Part shown: positions 47,683 through 56,858 of the stretch, in pieces
Numbering within the stretch: the first letter of the stretch is position 1
Layout of the letters: every line of letters begins with the position of its first letter
Notes under the pieces: model-generated
What the model saw: only the letters and a program-made list of their open reading frames with translations
Databases searched by the model: none
Told to the model about the DNA's origin: nothing
Assembly: GCA_038060895.1 (NCBI GenBank)
Contig: JBBTCT010000024.1
Location: 168,717-232,716, forward strand
From: Planctomycetota bacterium
GTDB lineage: Bacteria; Planctomycetota; MHYJ01; WSZJ01
Direction: 5' to 3'
DNA length: 64,000 bases
Made by a program: the position numbers and the translations under genes

Positions 47683-48971
47683 CAGTTCGTCTCCGTAATT
47701 TTCGCCTTCTCCCTCAGAAACCGGCGGATCTTCTCTTCGCGCAACGTGCTCCGGAGCTCGCTCATCTGCCCGCGCTCCTCCAGCTCGCCGCGAACTTCAC
47801 CCGGGTTACGCCTGTACGCCATCGCCATCTGGTCAATCCGGGACTCGACCTCGTCCTCCGTCACGAAGATCCGTTCCTTCTGCCCGATCGCCTCCAGGAG
47901 AAAGTGAGAACGGAGCGTCTTCTCCAGCTCCCCCCGGGAGCCGTCGCGTTCCTTCTCCACTATCTTCCCGGCTTCTTCGGCAGAAACGCCGCGCAACTGG
48001 AGGTCCAGCTTCGCGCGCTCCTCGGAACGCTCCGCAAATTTGCGAAGGAGCGCCTCGGGAAGCGGGATCTCGTGCTTCTTCAAAAGGTCGTCCAGGATCT
48101 CGCTTTCGACGCCGCGAAGCGCCGCCGCGTCCTTCTCCGTCGCCAGCCGGCGCTTCAGCTCGACTTTCACGGCGTCCAGCGACTCGTAGTCGAGCGACTT
48201 CGCCCATTCCTCGTTGATCACCGGCTTGTTCAGGTGCTTCACTTCCTTAACAACAGCCGAGAACGTCACTTTCTTCCCTTTGAGCTTTTCGTCCTGGTGA
48301 TCCGCCGGCATTTCAACGACCGCCGTGCGCGAGTCGCCGGATTTCGCCCCGAGGAGCGCCTTGTAGACCTGCGGCGCGGGCTGGTGCGCGACCTCGATGT
48401 CCTTCGCGACGACGACGCGCATGTTCTCTTCGGACAGGAGCTGCGTTTCGCCGTCCTTAAGCGTCAGGTCCGCGATCACCATGTCGTCGTCGGCAACGAC
48501 CTCCGCGGGCACCCATTCCGCCCGCGTCTCCGCGAGCCGCTCGAGCGCCTTGGTGAGATCCTCGTCCGTGACTTCGGTCTTCTTTTTCGACACCGCGACG
48601 CCAAGATAGTCCTTCGGCTTGATCTCCGGCTTCGTCTCGACCGTCAGCTCGAAATTCAGCGGCTTGTCGAGCGCGAATTCGATCTTCTCAGGATCCATGT
48701 CCGGGTCGCCGACCGCCTGGATTTTCTTCTCCTCCAGCGTCTTGGCGATCGACTTCTCGATGAGGTCGACCTTGGCGTCGGCCTCGACCGATTTGCCGAA
48801 GCGCTTTTCGAGAATCGGCCGCGGAACATGTCCCTTGCGGAAGCCGGGGAGCGAGACGTTCTGGCGGACTTCGTTGTACTTCTCTTCGACCTTGTCGCGG
48901 ATCTCGTCGGTCGGGATCTCGACCTTGATCTTGATCTTGCAGGGGCCGAGGTTTTCGATTTCGGACTTCAT
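47682..48971 (-). CDS. tig: Trigger factor
   Basis: PGFRKGHVP motif; upstream of clpP-clpX; ATG at 48971 with AGGAG. Confidence 0.95.
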   Translation of the reverse strand: MKSEIENLGPCKIKIKVEIPTDEIRDKVEEKYNEVRQNVSLPGFRKGHVPRPILEKRFGKSVEADAKVDLIEKSIAKTLEEKKIQAVGDPDMDPEKIEFALDKPLNFELTVETKPEIKPKDYLGVAVSKKKTEVTDEDLTKALERLAETRAEWVPAEVVADDDMVIADLTLKDGETQLLSEENMRVVVAKDIEVAHQPAPQVYKALLGAKSGDSRTAVVEMPADHQDEKLKGKKVTFSAVVKEVKHLNKPVINEEWAKSLDYESLDAVKVELKRRLATEKDAAALRGVESEILDDLLKKHEIPLPEALLRKFAERSEERAKLDLQLRGVSAEEAGKIVEKERDGSRGELEKTLRSHFLLEAIGQKERIFVTEDEVESRIDQMAMAYRRNPGEVRGELEERGQMSELRSTLREEKIRRFLREKAKITETN

Positions 48972-49128
48972 GGGACTCCTGGTGAGTTGAAGCGGCGCGG
49001 ACCGCAAATCGCGTTGACCTAAACCATTGCGCTTCAAGGGGTTGCGACAGCCGCAAGTCCTTCTGGCGCGGGACTGCGTAGGGTAGGAGCGGAGGGGGGT
49101 GATGTCAAGGAACAGTCCTGAGTGTCCT

Positions 49129-49252
49129 GCCTTATCCGCGGCTGTTTCCGCGACATCAGCCTTTATCAGCGTATTCCTTAGCCGTTTTTCAGAAGGACAA
49201 AAGGAATACGCGGATAACGGCCGGATGCCGCGGAAACAGCCGCGGATAAGGC
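49129..49252. repeat. 124-bp imperfect inverted repeat
   Basis: GCCTTATCCGCGGCTGTTTCCGCG ... CGCGGAAACAGCCGCGGATAAGGC (24-bp perfect outer stem, more pairing inside). Confidence 0.75.
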
Positions 49253-49306
49253 CATGCCCATCCTCGCTTCCTTCCCTCTCCTTATCCGCCCCCTACAATG
49301 CCCTCC

Positions 49307-49666
49307 ATGCTCCTCACCCGCGAATTCACCTTTGAAGCCGCCCATCACCTCACCAAGCTCCCAACCGGCCCCGAGCCCGCCCACGGCCACACCTGGCGGC
49401 TCAACGTCACGCTTGAAGGCCCCGTCCAATCCGACGGCATGGTCTTCGACTTCGTGAAACTCGGCGAAGTCGTCTCGAAGAAAGTGCTCAAGCACCTCGA
49501 CCACGCCGACCTCAACCGCGTCATCCCGAATCCGTCGGCCGAACGCGTCGCGCTCTGGGTCTGGAAGCAGCTGAGAGGGCTGCCGCTTCTCAGCGAAGTC
49601 CAGGTCTGGGAATGCCAGGGCTGCTCCGTCACCTACCGCGGCGGCGGCGAAAAGGAAACGGTATGA
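49307..49666 (+). CDS. 6-pyruvoyltetrahydropterin synthase family (QueD/PTPS; ExxHGH variant)
   Basis: FEAAH, HGH, DF, LDHADLN, PSAE, VWE motifs. Confidence 0.85.
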   Translation: MLLTREFTFEAAHHLTKLPTGPEPAHGHTWRLNVTLEGPVQSDGMVFDFVKLGEVVSKKVLKHLDHADLNRVIPNPSAERVALWVWKQLRGLPLLSEVQVWECQGCSVTYRGGGEKETV

Positions 49667-49830
49667 ACGACCCGCAGAAACCGCCCGCGTCCTCTCCCCG
49701 CGAGGAACTCGCGCCCGAGAAGTGCGAGATCGACCATTCGATCTGCGTCCAGTGCGGCACCGAAATGAACCTGATCAAGACCAAGTGGATCTGCCCGAAG
49801 TGCAAGTGGATCATCGGGTGCTGTGATTAG
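49663..49830 (+). CDS. Small zinc-finger protein
   Basis: CVQCG..CPKC..GCCD; ATGA overlap, AAGGA RBS. Confidence 0.65.
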   Translation: MNDPQKPPASSPREELAPEKCEIDHSICVQCGTEMNLIKTKWICPKCKWIIGCCD

Positions 49831-49856
49831 TCTTCACCCATGAGATTCCTCGCCAG

Positions 49857-50258
49857 CTAGCGGTTGCGGCGCAGCACCGGCTTCGGCACCGACTCCGCCT
49901 GCGGCACCGGCCGCGGCACGCCGAGGATCGCGCGAAGAATGTCCACCGTGATCTTGCCGTCCTTCACACCGTCGGCGGCATCGACCGCATCGATCTTCGC
50001 AAGCACTTCGGCCATCGTGACGAGTCCCTTGTCGGCGAGCGTTCGAATCGTCGCAGCGACGATCAGCGAGAGAAACCCGAGTTCGGCGTCAACCCGGGCC
50101 GCGTCCTGCTTCGCCTTCGAACCGTGGTCCGCGATGCGGGCGCTCTGGCTGGTCAGAATCGCGGTCAGGTTCCGGATCCGGTCGGCCTGCACGTAATCGT
50201 TCGTGCTGGTCATCGCGTCGAGCAGGCCCGAGACGAGCGTGTTCTGGCGGCGGAGCAT
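49857..50258 (-). CDS. Hypothetical protein
   Basis: GGGAGG RBS; KGLVT..E....ID..DG..DGK motif. Confidence 0.65.
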   Translation of the reverse strand: MLRRQNTLVSGLLDAMTSTNDYVQADRIRNLTAILTSQSARIADHGSKAKQDAARVDAELGFLSLIVAATIRTLADKGLVTMAEVLAKIDAVDAADGVKDGKITVDILRAILGVPRPVPQAESVPKPVLRRNR

Positions 50259-50310
50259 CGTGGACCTCCCTGAGACCAATGACCCTGAACCACCCCAGCA
50301 AGACGCCGTA

Positions 50311-50345
50311 CCTACTCCCTACCCCCTACTCAACACTCAACACTC
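50311..50345. repeat. Heptamer tandem repeat
   Basis: CCTACTC CCTACCC CCTACTC AACACTC AACACTC. Confidence 0.55.
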
Positions 50346-50356
50346 CCAACTGCAGT

Positions 50357-52177
<1,821 letters not shown>

Positions 52178-52368
52178 GGGGCGAGTCCTGGTGCTTAGGA
52201 GTGCGGGCCGTTCGAGGGGCGGGGACTATAGCGGCGGAAGGGAGAGTCCGCAATGGCGGCACGAATACTGCGAGGCGGGCGGAGTCGGCCCAACTCAGAC
52301 AGGGCGATCTCAAACCACCACTGGGCCGACGCAGCTTGCCTCGCAGGATTTTTGCCCGGGCTCGGAGG

Positions 52369-52396
52369 TTGACTCGGACCCCGCGCTTCCTATAAT
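52369..52396 (+). promoter_or_regulatory. sigma70 promoter of tRNA-Gly
   Basis: TTGACT-N16-TATAAT. Confidence 0.7.
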
Positions 52397-52407
52397 CCCT
52401 CCAGTTC

Positions 52408-52480
52408 GCGGGCGTAGCTCAGTTGGTAGAGCACGACGTTGCCAACGTCGTTGTCGCCGGTTCGAGCCCGGTCGCCCGCT
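52408..52480 (+). tRNA. tRNA-Gly(GCC), CCA not encoded
   Basis: GCGGGCG acceptor, AGTTGGTAGA D-loop, CGACG-TTGCCAA-CGTCG anticodon arm, GGTTCGAGCCC T-arm, U discriminator. Confidence 0.95.
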
Positions 52481-52518
52481 TGAAGAGGTGGAAGGTAAGA
52501 GAAGAGCTCATCGCTCCG

Positions 52519-52564
52519 AAAAAAAGGGGGCCGCGCGAAATGCTGCGCGGCCCCCCTTTTTTTT
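52519..52564. terminator. Bidirectional intrinsic terminator
   Basis: A-tract, GC-rich stem GGGGGCCGCGC/GCGCGGCCCCC, T-tract, between convergent genes. Confidence 0.8.
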
Positions 52565-52643
52565 CTCCGCTCTTCGCCCTTCTCTTACCTTCCACCTCTT
52601 CAAGCGGACTGACGACACGGACAGTCTGAACTGCGGTCCCCGG

Positions 52644-53450
52644 CTAGGTTGAGCGGCTACGCTTCAGCGCCCGGCGTGATGCGGCCCACAGACCAAACAG
52701 CAGGGGGAATTCCAGGCCCGTCAGGCCGCAGCGCTTTTTGTCGTCGTCGTCGTCATCGTCGCTGCTGCTGGAACTGCCGCCTCCGCCGGACGGGGGGGGC
52801 GGAGGAGGAGGAGGAGGCGGCGGGGGCGGCACGCCTCCTACGCCATCGCCGCCGGGACCGGTCCCGTAGAGGCCGACCATGCCGGAGATGTCGTCGGGCT
52901 GGGGGTCCAGGGTGCCGGTGAAGCTTGGGGCCATGACGGCGCCTGCCACTGCGGTGTGGCCCAGGCCGAGCGCATGGCCCAACTCGTGGAGATTGATGCC
53001 TTCGATCTGGGAAGAGGAGGCCCAGGAAATCGTCCCATTCAGTTCGACGTTTCCCTCGATGATCGTGTTCGAGCCGTCCACCACGGAGCCGCCGAGGCCG
53101 GCGACGCCCGCGGGAGTCGTCCACGCTTCATTCCAGTAGATGACGTTGAGGCCGTCACCATAGGTGGCGTCGGCTGCCGTCGATCCGCCGTACTCGAGAT
53201 CCAGGTTTCCGCTCGTCGAGTTCTCCCAGTCGAGCAGGTCCGCAAGGATCAGCGTGACCTCGCCGTCCGTGGTCGCCGGGCCGCCCGGGAAATCCGGCGT
53301 CCCCGCGGAATTCATGAGCCAGACCACGTCCCCCGAAGGGCCGGGAATCGCGCCGGCGCCCCATTTTGCCGGTGGCGCCCAGACATACGTGAAGCTGCCG
53401 GCGACGGTCGCGGCGGAGAGGAGCAGGCCGAGAGTCAGGAAGCGTTTCAT
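52644..53450 (-). CDS. Secreted matrixin-like (metzincin) metalloprotease
   Basis: Signal peptide; HELGHALGLGH, Met-turn AVMAP, DDI.G...LYG; poly-Pro linker and CGLTGLE tail. Confidence 0.85.
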   Translation of the reverse strand: MKRFLTLGLLLSAATVAGSFTYVWAPPAKWGAGAIPGPSGDVVWLMNSAGTPDFPGGPATTDGEVTLILADLLDWENSTSGNLDLEYGGSTAADATYGDGLNVIYWNEAWTTPAGVAGLGGSVVDGSNTIIEGNVELNGTISWASSSQIEGINLHELGHALGLGHTAVAGAVMAPSFTGTLDPQPDDISGMVGLYGTGPGGDGVGGVPPPPPPPPPPPPPSGGGGSSSSSDDDDDDDKKRCGLTGLEFPLLFGLWAASRRALKRSRST

Positions 53451-53496
53451 GAAGGTTCCTTGAAGTCGGGAAAACGACGACACCCCGGAGGACAGG

Positions 53497-53514
53497 CAGC
53501 AATCCACGTTCCCC
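53497..53514 (-). promoter_or_regulatory. Candidate sigma54 promoter
   Basis: GG-AACGTGGATT-GC (GG-N10-GC), near-identical to the site at 55216-55233. Confidence 0.5.
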
Positions 53515-53706
53515 GTTCGACTCAGGGCGTCAGAATAGTGAATTTCTTTAAGCTCTTCAAGCCCGCTTCTAAGCAATTGTACGGCAGGAGCTTGTGTTCC
53601 TGGGGCGCGGCGAGGCCGGGTCCGGGAGGATCGTTGTACGGATTTGCGGTGCCAATAAGCCATACAAAGGGGCCGCATTGCTTACAGCTGGCCTCGGAGC
53701 GGGACG

Positions 53707-53734
53707 AAAAAAGGCCGGGCTTTTGGCCCGGCCT
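53707..53734 (-). terminator. Intrinsic terminator
   Basis: AGGCCGGGC-CAAAA-GCCCGGCCU then U-tract on - strand. Confidence 0.7.
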
Positions 53735-53754
53735 GAAGTCGGTCAAACGAATTG

Positions 53755-54552
53755 CTAGGCGCGTCTGCGCCTGGACCAGCGACGGGCCAGGCCCCAGAGT
53801 CCGAAGAGCACCGGATACTCCAGGCCCGTCAGGCCGCAGTTGCTTCCGTTGTCGTTGGAGGAGCTCGAAGAGCCGCCCGGCGCGGGCGCCGGCCCCGGAG
53901 GTGGCGGAGGAGGAGGCGGCGGCGGCCCGCCGGGAGAATCCACGCCGTCGGAGCCCGAACCCGTCCCGTAAAGACCCACCATGCCCGCGATGTCGTCCGG
54001 CTGCGGGTCGAGCTCGCCCGAAAACACCGGGGCCATCACTGCGCCCGAGGTCGTGGTGTGTCCAAGGCCGAGCGAGTGGCCTACTTCGTGAAGCGTGATC
54101 CCCTCGATCAGAGAGGAACTCGCCCAGGAAACCGTCCCGTTCATCTCGACGTTCCCCTCGATGATCGTTCCGGCGCCTCCCACCATCGAGCCGCCGAGCC
54201 CAAGGACGCCGGCCGGCCCTCCCCATGCTTCGTTCCAGTAGATCGCCGTGATCCCGTCGCCATACGTGGCGTCGGCCGGCGTGCTGCCGCCGTACTCAAG
54301 GTCGAGGTTCCCCGCGGTCGAATCTTCCCAGTCGAGCAGGTCGGCCCGGAACAGGTCGACCTCGCCGTCAGCCGTCGCCGGCCCGCCCGGAAAGTCCGGC
54401 GTCCCCGCGGCGTTCATGAACCAGACCACTTCTCCCGACGCGCTCGGAATCGGGAACGGTCCCCATTTCGTCGGCGGTGCATACGTGTACGTGTAGCTCC
54501 CGGCGACCGTCGCGGTCCCCAGCAGCGCGGCAAGGGCCATGAATCGCTTCAT
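53755..54552 (-). CDS. Secreted matrixin-like metalloprotease (paralog 2)
   Basis: HEVGHSLGLGH, AVMAP, poly-Pro, CGLTGLE tail. Confidence 0.85.
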   Translation of the reverse strand: MKRFMALAALLGTATVAGSYTYTYAPPTKWGPFPIPSASGEVVWFMNAAGTPDFPGGPATADGEVDLFRADLLDWEDSTAGNLDLEYGGSTPADATYGDGITAIYWNEAWGGPAGVLGLGGSMVGGAGTIIEGNVEMNGTVSWASSSLIEGITLHEVGHSLGLGHTTTSGAVMAPVFSGELDPQPDDIAGMVGLYGTGSGSDGVDSPGGPPPPPPPPPPGPAPAPGGSSSSSNDNGSNCGLTGLEYPVLFGLWGLARRWSRRRRA

Positions 54553-55181
54553 TTCTTGCTCTCCTCCTGTCCCTGTCGGGACCCGTTGAATTTTTTCTCG
54601 GCAGCCTGTTTGTCGATTTCCTTCTGGAAGCGTGCAAGCACGTCGGCGAGCGGCTCTTCGGCTTCGCTCGGCTTGACCTCGTCCTCGTGCGTGTCCTTGT
54701 CGAGCCGCACGAAGGTCGAATCGGAGAAATCGCGGCGGGCGAAGCGGGTGCCGTCGTTCTCGGTGCGGACGATCCAGCGGCCCTGGGCCAGACCGGGGAT
54801 CGGGGAATAGTGCGGGTTGGTGAGGCTGCCTTCGAGGAAGAGCAGCGCTGATTCGCCCTCGGAGAATTTCGGGAGGCCGGGGATGCTGGTCGCGAGGTTG
54901 CCGATGCGGCCACCGAGCTGGCGGAAGGTTACGGTGCTGCCGGCGGTGGCGCCGCCTTTGAGCGACTGTTCAACACGGATTTCGACGGTGGTGAAGATCT
55001 GGGACTGGCCGTCGCCGTCGGGGTCTTCCCAGGAAGTAGAGACCCGTGTGACGGTGCCCAGGACGATCTGGTCGCCGTGTGTGACGAGTTCGGCGTCGCT
55101 CAGTTTGATGAGCGTGGCGGCGTGGCAGAGCATCGCCGCGGTGGCTGCGAGAACGACAGTGGTGGCCAGACGTTTGGCCAT
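54549..55181 (-). CDS. Secreted beta-rich partner protein (TIMP/OB-fold or prodomain-like)
   Basis: Signal peptide; IVLGTV, IFTTV..RVE..LKG, RQLGG, P.F..GE..LLFL, G..QGRW; ATGA coupling to protease. Confidence 0.7.
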   Translation of the reverse strand: MAKRLATTVVLAATAAMLCHAATLIKLSDAELVTHGDQIVLGTVTRVSTSWEDPDGDGQSQIFTTVEIRVEQSLKGGATAGSTVTFRQLGGRIGNLATSIPGLPKFSEGESALLFLEGSLTNPHYSPIPGLAQGRWIVRTENDGTRFARRDFSDSTFVRLDKDTHEDEVKPSEAEEPLADVLARFQKEIDKQAAEKKFNGSRQGQEESKK

Positions 55182-55215
55182 GGACCCTCTCCCCGGAATC
55201 GGAATGATGACTACC

Positions 55216-55233
55216 CAGCAATCAATGTTCCCC
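55216..55233 (-). promoter_or_regulatory. Candidate sigma54 promoter
   Basis: GG-AACATTGATT-GC (GG-N10-GC), with AT-rich repeats 55292-55355 upstream. Confidence 0.5.
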
Positions 55234-55451
55234 CGAGTGGTGTACAGCGAATTTCGTGTCCAAGACGTCGGAGACGGCAATTGGCCTCCTCAATGATTTC
55301 ATATTGATATATGCATCATAACTTACTATACAGTAATGATTTGCGAATGCATCATGCTTTTCAAAATGAAATGGCGGCGGACCTCTGGCCCCAGCCTCAG
55401 TCCGCCGCTTCCATGGAAACGTCAAGTCAACTGTACATTGCTCAGAATCGC

Positions 55452-56204
55452 TTACGGTTTCGTCAGGCGCCGGCGAACTCTTAGAAGGTGAAGCAGCCCG
55501 AGCAGAATCGGAGCCTCAAGACCCGTCAGCCCGCACTTGCTGCCCTTGTGCCCGCTCCCGCCGCCGCCGCCATCCCCGGATTCCGCGGTCCCGCTTTCGC
55601 TCGAACCGCTGTCCGCCGGCGGAGGTGGCGCGCTGCTTCCGGTGCCCTTCCCGTAAAGCGCCGAAATCCCGGCGATGTCGTCCGCCGTCAGCTCCGTCGT
55701 CCCCAGCGCCGCCGACGCCATGACCGCCGGCGCAGCGTCTTCGTGATCCATCCCCACCGTGTGACCCAGCTCGTGCAACAGCACGTTCTCGAACAGCACC
55801 GGGTCCGACCAGTCCATGTCCGAGTTCATCTCAATGTCCGCTTCTTCCATCACGCCGTCGAAATACATCGGCGAAGCGACCGCCCCGATGCCCGGCCCGA
55901 GGCTCCCCCACGCCACGACGTTGAGGCCGTCGCCGGGAATGGCGCCGGACGGCACCGAGCCGCCGTACGCGACGTCCAGGCTCCCCGCCGTCGCGGCTTC
56001 CCACTTTGCCAGGTCGGCCGTCAGCATCGCGACTTCCCCGTCGCCCGCGACGTCGTCCGTGCCGGCGGCGTTCATGAAGAAAACGACCGTCCCGCCGCTT
56101 CCGGACCCGACCGGCGGCCCGCCCCATTTGGGCGCGGGAGCATCGAGGTAAGTGAAGGCGGCGGACGCGCCGGCCAGCGCGACGAGAAGAGCGAGCGTTT
56201 TCAT
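55452..56204 (-). CDS. Secreted matrixin-like metalloprotease (paralog 3)
   Basis: HELGHTVGMDH, AVMAS, DDIAGISALYG, CGLTGLE tail. Confidence 0.85.
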   Translation of the reverse strand: MKTLALLVALAGASAAFTYLDAPAPKWGGPPVGSGSGGTVVFFMNAAGTDDVAGDGEVAMLTADLAKWEAATAGSLDVAYGGSVPSGAIPGDGLNVVAWGSLGPGIGAVASPMYFDGVMEEADIEMNSDMDWSDPVLFENVLLHELGHTVGMDHEDAAPAVMASAALGTTELTADDIAGISALYGKGTGSSAPPPPADSGSSESGTAESGDGGGGGSGHKGSKCGLTGLEAPILLGLLHLLRVRRRLTKP

Positions 56205-56782
56205 CAGCGCACTTCCTGCGGCGTCAGCCGCGAGACGACGACCGAGAGAAGCTCTTCCGGCGTTTCAGGCCGTTCGGAGGGAACCAGTTTCCCGTTTTCG
56301 ACGGCCGCGAAGCACGAGTCGCCGTAGTCGCGGCGCGCGAGATCCTGGCCGTTCCCATCGGCGCGCACGATCCAGCGTCCCTGCGTCCAGCCGACGAGCG
56401 GCGTGTACTTCGGGTCCATCAGCCGGTCGCCGAGGCACAGAAGAGCGCGGTCGCCGGCCGCGAACGCCGGCATCCCGGAAATCCGGAGCGTCCGCCCTCC
56501 GGCTTTCCCTCCCATCTGGCGGAACACCAGCGGATCCCCCGCGCGCCCAGGCCCCTTGACAACGCTCTCCACCCGCGCCGTCACGGTGGTCCACGGCTGC
56601 GCCACCCCGTCCCCGTCCGGATCCTCGACCGACTCCGTCACCTGCGTCACCGTGACCACCACGATGCGCGCGCTCGCCAAAGCGATGTCCGGATCGGGAA
56701 GCGGAACCAGCGTGACGGCCATCACCGGAATCGCCGCGGCGGCCACCCAGGCCGCGGCGGCCAGAACTTGTCTGCATTTCAT
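56204..56782 (-). CDS. Secreted partner protein (paralog of 54549-55181)
   Basis: Shared EDPDGDG, FRQMGG, GWTQGRW, ARRD motifs; TGATG overlap with protease. Confidence 0.7.
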   Translation of the reverse strand: MKCRQVLAAAAWVAAAAIPVMAVTLVPLPDPDIALASARIVVVTVTQVTESVEDPDGDGVAQPWTTVTARVESVVKGPGRAGDPLVFRQMGGKAGGRTLRISGMPAFAAGDRALLCLGDRLMDPKYTPLVGWTQGRWIVRADGNGQDLARRDYGDSCFAAVENGKLVPSERPETPEELLSVVVSRLTPQEVR

Positions 56783-56858
56783 GGCGCGGATCCTTGAACG
56801 AATGCCTTCCCCCCGCGCCTACGTTGGGAAGCGGTCCTCCGGCTGGAAGTGGATTCCG

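Noticed and set aside
52408-52480. tRNA-Gly as an integration site for the protease array
   Set aside because: No integrase and no direct repeat of the tRNA 3' end noticed in the window
52740-52830. GAC/GGA/CCN triplet runs in the protease genes
   Set aside because: Explained by poly-Asp, poly-Ser and poly-Pro linkers
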